The notes under the pieces were generated by a model that was given only the letters and a program-made list of their open reading frames with translations, was not told the DNA's origin and ran no database searches. The position numbers and the translations under genes are program-made. A stretch of 64,000 nt of DNA from a virus (Duplodnaviria; Heunggongvirae; Uroviricota; Caudoviricetes), in IMG/VR virus record IMGVR_UViG_3300037245_002365, one strand, 5' to 3'. Positions 52,565-62,376 of the stretch are shown here, piece after piece (within the stretch, counting starts at the first letter, position 1; each line of letters begins with the position of its first letter).

Positions 52565-55552
52565 TTAAGCCTGTCCTTTAGTCGGACCTTTTTGCTTCTC
52601 TCCTGTTACTTTTATTTTGTCTTGTTCTCTTGTGCCAGCTTTCTTTTGGTTAGGGGCTGCATTTACAGTTGGAGCTATCTGCTCTTCTACCATAGCTTGC
52701 ATCATCATCATGTCTTTTATCTTTTCAGTAACTAACATATGAGTCCTTGGCATTTTTTTGGCCAACTGTGCCATTTCTTTTTGAGCCATACCAACCGGCA
52801 TTGAAAGGAATTGTTGTGCATACTTCTCAATAATCATTAGAGGGTCTTCTGGTATTCCGCCTAACTCAACTGCCAGTTCGTCTTGCCATAACTCCATTCT
52901 TATTTTGAACAATTCATCTTCCTGCGCTTTCTGTGCCCTTGCTTGGTATTGGGCCAGTATTACTGAAGCCTTACCTTGTGCAACAGCAGCCGCTGTTTGT
53001 GTTTTAACCTGCATATTTAGAGAGTCTAAATATGTTTTTTGCATTAATTCTGTTTCTTTCGCTGGATCGAAACCGAACTTATCTAACAATGTTTGGTCAG
53101 AAATCTTACCGCCTGCATTTAACTGTATAGCAAGCTGTTTAGTCTCGGTATCATCAGTCATTCTAAGTTCTTTGAACTTTAATTTGATTTCCGGAAACTT
53201 ATATAAACTGCTTAATTTCGGAACAACAAAATAGTTTAAGAAGTCTTCTATTTGCTCTCTATAAACCATAAAGTGGTTTTCAACTATTCTCAATGAAATA
53301 GAAGAGCCTGTCCAAGTCGTGCCACCTTTAATGAATTCTATAGGTACACCTAAACTATTGATGATAGACTCTTCAATGAATTTCATCTCTGGAGTTAGGA
53401 GTAAAGCGCGAGCGTTTCCTCCAAGCTCCTGATAACCAATAGGTATCGGGAACACGCCAATATAGTTTGGATCGCGTCTCCATTTCTTTAACTGCTCTGT
53501 AATCTGTGACTTCCATTTACCAATATTTAATTGAGTATTTTTGTTTATGTAACCCAATGATAGGTAAGAATGTGTTGCGTCTTTTACCTCAATAGATAAC
53601 AAAGTATTGTCATTAATCTCTTCTATTTTCTTTACTTTTGAATACACAAAACCGTTGTCAAAGAAATATTTTTTATCGGTATTTGTTTTTTCTGGGTAAA
53701 AATTATTAACTTTATAGCCAAGTTTGGTAGCTAATGACTCTGCTTGACTCCCATTTAGTTTTAAAGACCAAGCCCTATTAACAGATGAATCGTCTTTACA
53801 AATAGTTGGGTAATACCCAAGACTTAATAATATATCTCTTAATTCATAAATAAGTGGAAGGTTACTCAATTTCAGATTTAATCTGGGATATTTTCCTTTC
53901 TCATAAAAGAAAGTTCCATCTCCGTCATAAATACCGGATAATAAACTAATTACATTTTCTTTAGTTAGTAGATTTTTTATATTACGAATAGATTTAGTTT
54001 GACATTTTTTTCCAATTAAGTTAATTAAAAAATTCTCTAGTACAACAGAATGCTTTCTAACATCACAACAATTCTCTCTAATATAAATTTCTGTTTCGTT
54101 TCCTTTTGGAATTAAGTTATCTAAATAATTTTTAATAAATTCTTGATATTCTGTTTCTTTGGCGTGCAAAGCAAACCCAACAGTACTATTATTAACAGAA
54201 CCTTCAGAAATATAAAATCCTAAAAATCGAAGGAAATCATTAGATACTTCTATAGTTTTTGGAAGTTTTTTTGTCCCTGCTCTCCAACTTTGCGTAACCC
54301 ATTCTTTAGTAATAAGTTCTTTATGATCAGATTCATCGGGTAACTCAGAAACAGGATAAGCTGTATAATCGTCTAAAGTAAGATCTTTTGCTTTTTTCCA
54401 TTCGTGTGTTTTAGTTTCTTTATTCCAAACCCTAAATGGATGGACACTATTAACTTTAGTGTCTATACCATAAAGACCAAAAGAAGTTAGAGATAACATA
54501 TAATCCCATTCTTCTAGTTCTCTTAATTTCCAATTAACAACACTAGTTTCAGAACCATCATATGTAATAAGCTTTTCATTCTTAAAATCAACTTCTTGTA
54601 ATTCTTTGATGCCGTTATTAGTATGCACTAGTGTGTCTGGTGACATACTAAAGGGGTCCATAGTAGTTGTATTCGCAGGGAATACCGCTTTCTTTGGAAC
54701 GATATGTTCTTGAGCAATTGCTTCGTTTCCACGACGCAATGTCTGCAAGTAATAAATTTCTTTAAGGGCTGGCAGAATTAATGGTTTACCCCAGCCCATG
54801 TCTTCCTCTGCAAGAGTAGGACGCTTCATGTGATAAAGGTTATTTGACTCCATCTCTATTTTCTTTTGCTCTTTAAGAGCTTGTAAGAAGATGTATGGTA
54901 TGTCTTTTAACAGCGTTTTATTGCCAGCTAGTATCTGTGCCTTAGTTTTATTTGGAATACTATAAAAATACGCAGATGAACCTGATATTGGATTATACTC
55001 GATATCTATATTTTCCGGTGCCCATCTAACTATGCTTAAAGCATCTAAAGTTTTTAGAGGCACATCAATTACGCCAGCGATGACATCACTGGATTCACAT
55101 TTAGGACAACGTTTAATTCTAAATTCATATTTTTTTATATCAAATACAATACTGTCAATTAAATGTTCTTCACCACAGATAGGGCATTTCAGATATCTCT
55201 TAAATTTTTGAAAGAATGACAAGAATACATTACCCATAGTATGATAATCTAAGCCCATTTCTATTAATAGTTTTTTAAGCTTTATTTGACTATACAATAC
55301 CGTATCAAATTTACCTCTAGTTTCCTCGTCAAATTCACCATAATATAAAATATCTGTTATTGGATATTCAGTAAGTTTGGTAACAACGTTTCTTAGAAAA
55401 CCATTAGTATAGAAAAAGGATTTGCAATACTTAAACAATGTTTTTATATTTCTTGGAATATAGTTATTCGCAAGATCAAAGAACGGGTCTGGATACTTTT
55501 TACTCCCTATCGTTACTAGATCGGCTTCTGTTAATGGTCTAGTGTTAGCCAC
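52565..55552 (-). CDS. Portal-like virion protein containing an intein (mature about 624 aa)
   Basis: GWGKPLILPALKEIY, IGYQELGG, IINSLGVP.EFI.GG portal-like motifs flanking the intein; portal call is by resemblance. Confidence 0.55.
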   Translation of the reverse strand: MANTRPLTEADLVTIGSKKYPDPFFDLANNYIPRNIKTLFKYCKSFFYTNGFLRNVVTKLTEYPITDILYYGEFDEETRGKFDTVLYSQIKLKKLLIEMGLDYHTMGNVFLSFFQKFKRYLKCPICGEEHLIDSIVFDIKKYEFRIKRCPKCESSDVIAGVIDVPLKTLDALSIVRWAPENIDIEYNPISGSSAYFYSIPNKTKAQILAGNKTLLKDIPYIFLQALKEQKKIEMESNNLYHMKRPTLAEEDMGWGKPLILPALKEIYYLQTLRRGNEAIAQEHIVPKKAVFPANTTTMDPFSMSPDTLVHTNNGIKELQEVDFKNEKLITYDGSETSVVNWKLRELEEWDYMLSLTSFGLYGIDTKVNSVHPFRVWNKETKTHEWKKAKDLTLDDYTAYPVSELPDESDHKELITKEWVTQSWRAGTKKLPKTIEVSNDFLRFLGFYISEGSVNNSTVGFALHAKETEYQEFIKNYLDNLIPKGNETEIYIRENCCDVRKHSVVLENFLINLIGKKCQTKSIRNIKNLLTKENVISLLSGIYDGDGTFFYEKGKYPRLNLKLSNLPLIYELRDILLSLGYYPTICKDDSSVNRAWSLKLNGSQAESLATKLGYKVNNFYPEKTNTDKKYFFDNGFVYSKVKKIEEINDNTLLSIEVKDATHSYLSLGYINKNTQLNIGKWKSQITEQLKKWRRDPNYIGVFPIPIGYQELGGNARALLLTPEMKFIEESIINSLGVPIEFIKGGTTWTGSSISLRIVENHFMVYREQIEDFLNYFVVPKLSSLYKFPEIKLKFKELRMTDDTETKQLAIQLNAGGKISDQTLLDKFGFDPAKETELMQKTYLDSLNMQVKTQTAAAVAQGKASVILAQYQARAQKAQEDELFKIRMELWQDELAVELGGIPEDPLMIIEKYAQQFLSMPVGMAQKEMAQLAKKMPRTHMLVTEKIKDMMMMQAMVEEQIAPTVNAAPNQKKAGTREQDKIKVTGEKQKGPTKGQA
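53537..54649 (-). mobile_element. Intein with LAGLIDADG homing endonuclease (371 aa)
   Basis: Block A SMSPDTLVHT..G, block B VNSVHPF, FLGFYISEG and LSGIYDGDG motifs, end THSYL..G.INKN|T. Confidence 0.85.
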
Positions 55553-55554
55553 TC

Positions 55555-56046
55555 TTAATTACTCTCCATAGATGCATAGTCTGTTATTCTTTTATATCTG
55601 TTTGCCTGTATTCCACGTTCATCATCTTTAAGCGGAAATGGGCCTGTCTTAGCGACCAACTTAAGTTGATCCATGTTCTCTTTATCGTTCAAGCCAATGC
55701 CGGGTGGATAAAATTTGTAGCCATTTGAATCAAAAATATATTTGATATACTCTAGAACCTCATGTGAAAGTTCTACGTCTGGGCGTAAATCTTTTATAAC
55801 CTTTATTGTAACCCAAATGTACTCCGGTAGAGTACCTTCAGTCTTGTTAATGTCTGGGTCAATATTATTTAGTACGAGGCTTACTTTCTCAAAGACTTCA
55901 AAGTCTTCATAAGCCCCTCTACGATTATTTAACAACCACAGAACTTGTATTTTTTGACGATCAATAGAAGACAAAGTCGGAAACAGCATTCGTATTGTTT
56001 CCGGCTCTATAAAATCACTATTGTTTATAAGATCACTTATTTTCAT
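55555..56046 (-). CDS. Hypothetical protein (virion module)
   Basis: 163-aa ORF coupled to portal-like gene. Confidence 0.6.
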   Translation of the reverse strand: MKISDLINNSDFIEPETIRMLFPTLSSIDRQKIQVLWLLNNRRGAYEDFEVFEKVSLVLNNIDPDINKTEGTLPEYIWVTIKVIKDLRPDVELSHEVLEYIKYIFDSNGYKFYPPGIGLNDKENMDQLKLVAKTGPFPLKDDERGIQANRYKRITDYASMESN

Positions 56047-56439
56047 TTATTTTGCTTTTGGTGTTTTAAATCTTTTATCAAGCATTTTTTTAAATGTTGG
56101 TTGTAATCCAAACCCTATTGCCATGGAAGGAACTGTTTTTAAAGCACGATAACTACTGCCTGCCCAATATTTTTTTATAAATCTACCAGCCTTCAAAGCT
56201 TTAAGTTTATATGGGCGTTTTCTAAATTTCATTTTGCTTTCTAGAGGTTTTTTTGCTTTAAAAGTGTCCTTGATTCCAGCTTTTGCTCTAACTTCTAAAA
56301 CATCTAATGGATTAACAATAGGAATTCCAATAAGTCCTGCTGCAGCTCCAGCTATTGCATGTTTTGCTTTTTCGCCCATATAGCGCTCTTTCTTTTTAGC
56401 AGCGTATTTATCCATTAACATATCAAAGTCTTTTTCCAT
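56047..56439 (-). CDS. Protein resembling one mitochondrial-carrier (Solcar) repeat
   Basis: IAGAAAGLIGIPIVNPLDVLEVR...YWAG....LKTVPSMAIGFG....KKML. Confidence 0.6.
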   Translation of the reverse strand: MEKDFDMLMDKYAAKKKERYMGEKAKHAIAGAAAGLIGIPIVNPLDVLEVRAKAGIKDTFKAKKPLESKMKFRKRPYKLKALKAGRFIKKYWAGSSYRALKTVPSMAIGFGLQPTFKKMLDKRFKTPKAK

Positions 56440-56447
56440 GGTGCTCC

Positions 56448-57527
56448 TTAGTCCATTAAACTAATAACGTCATCTATAACTGGATTAGGCATTGAGGCTA
56501 AAACCTCTAAACCTTCGTCTCCCTTAATAGCACTAATGTTATCGTTACCAACAATACCAGTTAAGTCTTCGTTAGATAGACTACGTAATTTTTCAGGTGT
56601 TACCTGCACGCCTCTGAGCATTATGAATGCAACCTTAGGCATCGATAAACAACTCATTACAGGGCATTCTACACCCTTTCCATACGCGTGTGTAATGCCG
56701 GATAACTTGTCTATCCGATACAACACCTGGGCAGTTTTTATTACTCCAAGCTCTTCAGAACTATCTCTGAGGTCATTGTAAAGTTCAGTGAAATCTTCAT
56801 CATTATCAGCCAGATAGCTCTTACGTACATTGATGTGTGATCCAAAATCTTTATTTAGCCTGGAATTATCTAGGTGAGCATACTTGCTTACAAGTGTGTC
56901 GTCTAATGATACTCCTTCGTCTTTTGCTGCGCTTGATACGTTTAGTACAAACTCTAGCTTTTTAGCCATGTCCATACCATAGTGCTCTCTTTCAAAGTAA
57001 CTCGCAGCTTTCTCGATTCCTTCTTGGTCACTAATATCATACTTCTGTTCTTCTTCCCATGCAAACCTGACTTTCGGTTCTTCAATTACACCAGCTTGTT
57101 TCTTCATGAAACTAACTTCATTGATTTTTGCTATGTCAACCATGTTGTCAACATACACTTTTGATTTGTAGGGTTCAAGCTCACTGGGAACAGGTACTCC
57201 ATACCTGTTCGCTGCACAAGTTAAATTTGCACCGGCCACTTTTACCAGTTCTTCTGGCAAGTCTCTTATGTTGTTCACTAGGAACGCCATATTAATTTCT
57301 GTCAACGCTGCTGTGTGATTTGCGTATTTCTTGAGCATACCCTGATGTGGATTCCACAAAATTAAAGCACAATCTGAATCGTCGCCTTCGTGCTGCTCTT
57401 CATAACTAGGAATATAAGCTTCCTTCGCCTCGTCAGATAGTGTCTCAACTAGTTCAGCCAGCTTTTCTATTTCCTCGTTCAACACCGCGTCTACAACGTC
57501 AAGTGTTTTACTAGCTATTTTTAGCAT
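56448..57527 (-). CDS. Hypothetical acidic protein (virion module)
   Basis: 359-aa ORF with RBS aggag. Confidence 0.65.
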   Translation of the reverse strand: MLKIASKTLDVVDAVLNEEIEKLAELVETLSDEAKEAYIPSYEEQHEGDDSDCALILWNPHQGMLKKYANHTAALTEINMAFLVNNIRDLPEELVKVAGANLTCAANRYGVPVPSELEPYKSKVYVDNMVDIAKINEVSFMKKQAGVIEEPKVRFAWEEEQKYDISDQEGIEKAASYFEREHYGMDMAKKLEFVLNVSSAAKDEGVSLDDTLVSKYAHLDNSRLNKDFGSHINVRKSYLADNDEDFTELYNDLRDSSEELGVIKTAQVLYRIDKLSGITHAYGKGVECPVMSCLSMPKVAFIMLRGVQVTPEKLRSLSNEDLTGIVGNDNISAIKGDEGLEVLASMPNPVIDDVISLMD

Positions 57528-57539
57528 TGGTTTTTCTCC

Positions 57540-57713
57540 TTATGCATTTATCATTTTTATACAATCGCTAATAGCCTCTAGTGCATCATCGATGGAATCA
57601 AAGATTTCATCTAGGTTGTACACTAAATCAGTATTGTGATTTATTATTTCTACTCTAAATTTATTTTCGTCTCTCAAGGAAGAATCAATGTTTATTTTGT
57701 ATTTTTCTCCCAT
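57540..57713 (-). CDS. Small leaderless protein (57 aa, not in ORF track)
   Basis: TTGCTT-17-TATATT then 5 nt to ATG 57713; MGEKYKINIDSS...CIKMINA*. Confidence 0.55.
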   Translation of the reverse strand: MGEKYKINIDSSLRDENKFRVEIINHNTDLVYNLDEIFDSIDDALEAISDCIKMINA

Positions 57714-57750
57714 GACTAAATATAGACGTTTTGCTCAATAAAAGCAAATA

Positions 57751-58338
57751 TTATTTGTTGAATATATGCTGGTACTGGAAGAGGGTTGTACCGTCGCCAT
57801 ACCCTGCACTTATAAAGTGGTTTTTGTAGATACTACCAACGCTCAGTCCCACAGAATTTCCATAGTTAAATGCACCTGCCGTGAAGTAGAATGTTCTTGT
57901 AAATTTCTTTGGAAGAATAAGTCTAACGTTGTTTAGTTTACCAGACATCTTCATTAGATTCACAGGTTTGTGATAGTATGTAGATGCTACCCAAACGTCC
58001 ATATCCATATGTATACCGTTTTCGTCGTCGGCAGCAAAATTAAATACTGTGTCAGCCGATGCAGTTTCTACATAAATTGTTTCGCCTTTTACGTATAAAG
58101 TATCTATAAGTGTATCGTGTACAGTGTTTGTAAATTCAAACTCAACTGTATCTATTCTAGCGGGCAACCAGCGTGTGGTTGTAACTGTCTCTATCCAAGG
58201 TTTCCCTTCAATGACGACAGGCTCTGGTATACTTGAATAAAAGTAGATAGCCAGAGCCATAACGCCCGGAAGTACGTAAGGACTTAATTTTTGATATGCG
58301 CTAGCGAAAAAACTAGCTATTTTTTTCATGATTAGCAT
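57751..58338 (-). CDS. Membrane-anchored protein
   Basis: N-terminal TM, Thr/Val/Asp-rich repeats (TVHDTLIDT), beta-rich C-terminus. Confidence 0.55.
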   Translation of the reverse strand: MLIMKKIASFFASAYQKLSPYVLPGVMALAIYFYSSIPEPVVIEGKPWIETVTTTRWLPARIDTVEFEFTNTVHDTLIDTLYVKGETIYVETASADTVFNFAADDENGIHMDMDVWVASTYYHKPVNLMKMSGKLNNVRLILPKKFTRTFYFTAGAFNYGNSVGLSVGSIYKNHFISAGYGDGTTLFQYQHIFNK

Positions 58339-58479
58339 GATATGTTCCCTTATTTAAGCTATCCCAAAATAATCGTCCAAAACGTAATTTAACTTTTTCA
58401 AGCATCTTGTCTAACTTGCGTCTCAACTTATACTCTTCATAGCTTTCGCTTTCTTTTCGTTTTGCTGGCCCTATATTCA

Positions 58480-58764
58480 TTATGATCCTTCTTCGGTTTC
58501 TTCTTCCTCTTCCGCCTCTTCGTCTTCCCCAACGACGTCAACTAATGCTTGTACATAACCTTGTTGCATGTCAAATTGTACTTTTAGTTTAGCCTGTGCG
58601 TCTGTAATTTGTTGAACCTGTGCTTGTAATTCTTGCTTACGCATTTCAAGTTCTTTGTTTTGTTCAACAGTTTGTGCTACAGCAGCCTTTGCTTTATCCA
58701 TGGTATCTTTGATACCCGCTACTGCTATCGTAGGTTCTTCCGATTTTTTCTTAATTTTTGCCAT
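58480..58764 (-). CDS. Coiled-coil protein
   Basis: Heptad-rich, acidic tail; preceded by TTGATT-17-TATATT promoter. Confidence 0.6.
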   Translation of the reverse strand: MAKIKKKSEEPTIAVAGIKDTMDKAKAAVAQTVEQNKELEMRKQELQAQVQQITDAQAKLKVQFDMQQGYVQALVDVVGEDEEAEEEEETEEGS

Positions 58765-58896
58765 TTTTAATAAATTGGTTTTTGGTTATACTTAAATATA
58801 AATATATTTTGAGGGATAATCAATTAAAAACATTGATTATTTCGCTTATTTTAGGTATAAGAATAGTGTAATAAACAATAATAAAGGAACAATATC

Positions 58897-59304
58897 ATGA
58901 AGCATTTAATTATGTTGTTGGTTGTTGGTTTGAGTATGTTTTGTGAAAATCCAGTATCTAGTAATCTAGACACAATACCTATTTCAGACTTTACAGTATC
59001 TCACGACTTATTGCCTTTTTATAATTGGAGTCGAAATGAGGAAGCCGAGATTACAGTTATAAATACTGGGAATTTTGAAGTGGATAGTGTATATATCTAT
59101 GTCGTATTGCTTGAGCAAGTTAAATCGGAAGTTAGATATACTATAAACGAAACTTGGAAGTTGGTAGCTATCCCTTATAATGGAACATGGGGCAAGATGG
59201 AGCATGGAACCGCTTGGTTTAAGTATCCAGATCTGGGTGAAATATTATATTCCGGAGATCCCGACTACCGCTATTCATGGGGAATCATTATTGAGATTAG
59301 ATAA
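58897..59304 (+). CDS. Exported/lipoprotein-like protein, lone + strand insertion
   Basis: Leader ending in Cys (FCENP); own AGGTATAAGAA motif (58853) and terminator. Confidence 0.6.
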   Translation: MKHLIMLLVVGLSMFCENPVSSNLDTIPISDFTVSHDLLPFYNWSRNEEAEITVINTGNFEVDSVYIYVVLLEQVKSEVRYTINETWKLVAIPYNGTWGKMEHGTAWFKYPDLGEILYSGDPDYRYSWGIIIEIR

Positions 59305-59309
59305 CCAAT

Positions 59310-59345
59310 AAAAAAGAAAGGCTGAAAACCCAGCCTTTCTTTTTA
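59310..59345. terminator. Bidirectional terminator
   Basis: aaaaagaaaggctg/cagcctttcttttt. Confidence 0.8.
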
Positions 59346-59347
59346 CC

Positions 59348-61999
59348 TTAAGTATCAAATACTACTTCAAAATAACCTGTTATATCATCAACTGTTATGT
59401 CTGGGCTGCCGGGCCCCGTTTCAGTGTAATATATTGAAAGTATATCGCCTGCAACAAAGGTATCTGTTCCGCGTGGCTGGGTGGCTGAGCTTGAGTAATC
59501 TGCATCACTTGTTACGGCTTCTGAAGAGTAGAACCCCGTAGCTACTCCATTCTTATATATTTCAAATCTAGCTACAGGGAGTGAACCAGATACATAATCA
59601 GCAGAAAACGTGACTCCCATTCCCACCATACTTCCTGGCCTAGCCATACAGTATCCTCTAGTAGCACTGCTTGTAATACCAGCCCAACAATCAATATATC
59701 CGCTGGTAGTGTGTTGTGTTGTATCACCAAACATAAATGTTGCTCGTTGGCCCATTAACTCACCATTTTCTACAATAACATCTCCGTCATTAAAATATGC
59801 TGCATAAGCTCCTCCGGACCCACTATTAGTAGCACTACCATATATACCCACATTATCGGTCGAGTCATTATCACTATGTGAGCTACCACGAATAGCAACG
59901 TTATTTGTAAATGAGTCTCCTACGTTATTCGCTACCCTTAGATCCCCGGCGTACATATATACATCCCCCCTTGTGTCACTAAACATATAAATTATAGAGT
60001 CATCGCCAATAAGCTGTATTCCTGGAATCTTCCCACCTGTAAGAAGATCATCAATTCGTACTATTTCATTATCACCAGCATCATAGAATACAAATGAATT
60101 GAGGGAAGCCCCATTAGTTCCCATTTGTATTCTTTGTCCAGTAGTGGCAGTTTGGAAATTACCACCAGAGATTGTGGCAACAGATGTAATTGATCCATCA
60201 GTCGCTATTTTAAATTTAGACGTACCAGAGGTTGATCCAGCAAAATATGCAGAACCATCACTATTTAAAGCGAATCCTCCACTATTGATTAGAGTTCCTG
60301 ATGTATTTAATTCTATGTTCGCGGCTTTCCAACTTAATACATTAGCATTAAACCTAATATAGGCTGCATCAGAAGCACTACCAACCGCGAAAGTTGTTTG
60401 GTCTAGCCAAAATCCAGCAGCATTACTAGCCGCGCTTGTTTTGCCGCTTGATATGTTTCCACCAGAACCAACGGTCATTGCATTCCCTAAACTAAAATCA
60501 GTATTGATTGTTAGGTTGTCAGCAGTTATATCGCCCTTAATACCTAATGTACTTGCCGTAACATTCCACTTTAAGTAACTAGTACTATCTCCAATAAACA
60601 ATTTAGGATCAGCGGGGTCCCAAACTTCAAAACCTGTTGTAATTATTGAAGCGTCGGTCGTGTTTAAACTTATGCCTGTACCTGACAATTGGTTATATAA
60701 TCCATCTTCGATGATTGTCCAACCACCAATAAAGTTATATTCTTCACCAATTTGAAATACTAATTTATTGTCTGCATCCCAGCCTTTTAAACCAAACTGA
60801 TTAGAACCCAAGTCACCAAGTTGAACTCTAGTCTGCCCTGTTGCACTGCCTGCACCGTCTCCAAAAGTTTGTGAGAAAAGTATATTTTGTGTGGAACCTT
60901 GAATCTCTATCCAACCGTGATCTCCATCATATACGGCTATTTTATAAACCACAGCTTTTGAATTATATTCTTCTGCAGGCGAACTTACAGTATTCCAGGT
61001 AAATGATCGTGTTATTGAATGTGTATATGTACCATCTAAATTATCTACAGGATCATTAGTAACTCTAATTGTTTCAGTTCCAGATCCATTGCCTTGTGAA
61101 GCTATCCTTATTAAGTCATCTTCTGAAAAGACATTGTTATCTACAGTCATTGATAATCCGCCAGTGGTTAAAACTTGAGTTAATTTTGCACCATCCGTGA
61201 TAGCCAAATCACCATTAATAATGTTAACCTCGTTCATCGCAAAGATATTACTTTGTAATGTTCCAGAAAAGGTTCCATCTACAGCATGTATGTGCCCGTC
61301 AAAATCAAATTTAAAACCAGCAGGAGTTAAGAACGCAGGATCATAGTTAGATGACTTAATATAGGGAGCTGAAGGGTTAGAACCATCTATTACGATATGA
61401 TTCCCAGTAGAAGCGCCAACTCTAATTTGAGGTATAAGGCTGTTTAGTGATATTCCTGCATCGGCTTCTGTAGCATCACTTGCTAAAGTTTGTGTACCAA
61501 TCTCCCAACCACCAATACTTCCTGTAGTTGCTGATATGTTTCCACTAATATTTAAGTTTTGGCCATCCCAATGGATATAATTACCATCTTCTTTGCCTGC
61601 AAAGAATTCATAATAAGTTGCGCCTTTTCCTAGAAGTACTCCAGCGTCACTGTTTGACCTTAAGAAGTCAGTAACAGCACCAAGCTGAATTAACTCATCA
61701 GTCGATTTAATATGTACATTGCCTTTCCAAATCTTTTCGCTGGTAATCTCCCATCCACCGATTTCTCCTACATTAACGAATAAGTATGATTCAGCGTTTA
61801 GGTGATCATGTGGTTCTCCTTCGGTTCCAGGAATTGGGCGATGCCCGATCATGAATCCGCTAGTACCTCCAGGAAACCATGTATTATCAAAAATTGCAGG
61901 AAAATAATTCCTATTCCACGTACTCTCGTCTTCTGCAGCGGCTTCCGAATTTTCACCAATTACATTTATTATTACTGCTGGTTCTAAAGGTGTTGCCAT
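59348..61999 (-). CDS. Tail/tail-fibre-like structural protein
   Basis: 883 aa Gly/Thr/Ser-rich; repeated G.IGGW.I, I.G.I.A motifs; GGNFQTATTGQRI. Confidence 0.65.
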   Translation of the reverse strand: MATPLEPAVIINVIGENSEAAAEDESTWNRNYFPAIFDNTWFPGGTSGFMIGHRPIPGTEGEPHDHLNAESYLFVNVGEIGGWEITSEKIWKGNVHIKSTDELIQLGAVTDFLRSNSDAGVLLGKGATYYEFFAGKEDGNYIHWDGQNLNISGNISATTGSIGGWEIGTQTLASDATEADAGISLNSLIPQIRVGASTGNHIVIDGSNPSAPYIKSSNYDPAFLTPAGFKFDFDGHIHAVDGTFSGTLQSNIFAMNEVNIINGDLAITDGAKLTQVLTTGGLSMTVDNNVFSEDDLIRIASQGNGSGTETIRVTNDPVDNLDGTYTHSITRSFTWNTVSSPAEEYNSKAVVYKIAVYDGDHGWIEIQGSTQNILFSQTFGDGAGSATGQTRVQLGDLGSNQFGLKGWDADNKLVFQIGEEYNFIGGWTIIEDGLYNQLSGTGISLNTTDASIITTGFEVWDPADPKLFIGDSTSYLKWNVTASTLGIKGDITADNLTINTDFSLGNAMTVGSGGNISSGKTSAASNAAGFWLDQTTFAVGSASDAAYIRFNANVLSWKAANIELNTSGTLINSGGFALNSDGSAYFAGSTSGTSKFKIATDGSITSVATISGGNFQTATTGQRIQMGTNGASLNSFVFYDAGDNEIVRIDDLLTGGKIPGIQLIGDDSIIYMFSDTRGDVYMYAGDLRVANNVGDSFTNNVAIRGSSHSDNDSTDNVGIYGSATNSGSGGAYAAYFNDGDVIVENGELMGQRATFMFGDTTQHTTSGYIDCWAGITSSATRGYCMARPGSMVGMGVTFSADYVSGSLPVARFEIYKNGVATGFYSSEAVTSDADYSSSATQPRGTDTFVAGDILSIYYTETGPGSPDITVDDITGYFEVVFDT

Positions 62000-62376
62000 T
62001 AGATATCGTAGTCCTCTCCATAGAAACCTGAATCCTTAAATACTAAAAAATTAAATATTTTCGCGCTTCTAGTTATTGCTGTAGGGTTAAATAACTCTAC
62101 ATCATATTCCCACGGTGTGAGCGGATCTTCAGCCAATACCGTTGTCCCATCAGTAGCAAATACAGTTGCAACTATACCATCTCCGTAGTATTCAAGACGA
62201 TAAGTATCGTCTGTAAATGTAGAGGTGTCTATATCAAATTTGCCAAACTTATCAGTGGAACCTTCCCACATATCTCTATCGTCTAGTTCCCTAATAATCT
62301 TTACTAAAACAGCTACTCTTGGAAGACCTTCTTCACCAATAAGTGTTCTAGTTACATGTTTTACTGATACAGTCAT
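61999..62376 (-). CDS. Putative structural protein
   Basis: 125-aa ORF coupled to tail-like gene. Confidence 0.5.
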   Translation of the reverse strand: MTVSVKHVTRTLIGEEGLPRVAVLVKIIRELDDRDMWEGSTDKFGKFDIDTSTFTDDTYRLEYYGDGIVATVFATDGTTVLAEDPLTPWEYDVELFNPTAITRSAKIFNFLVFKDSGFYGEDYDI

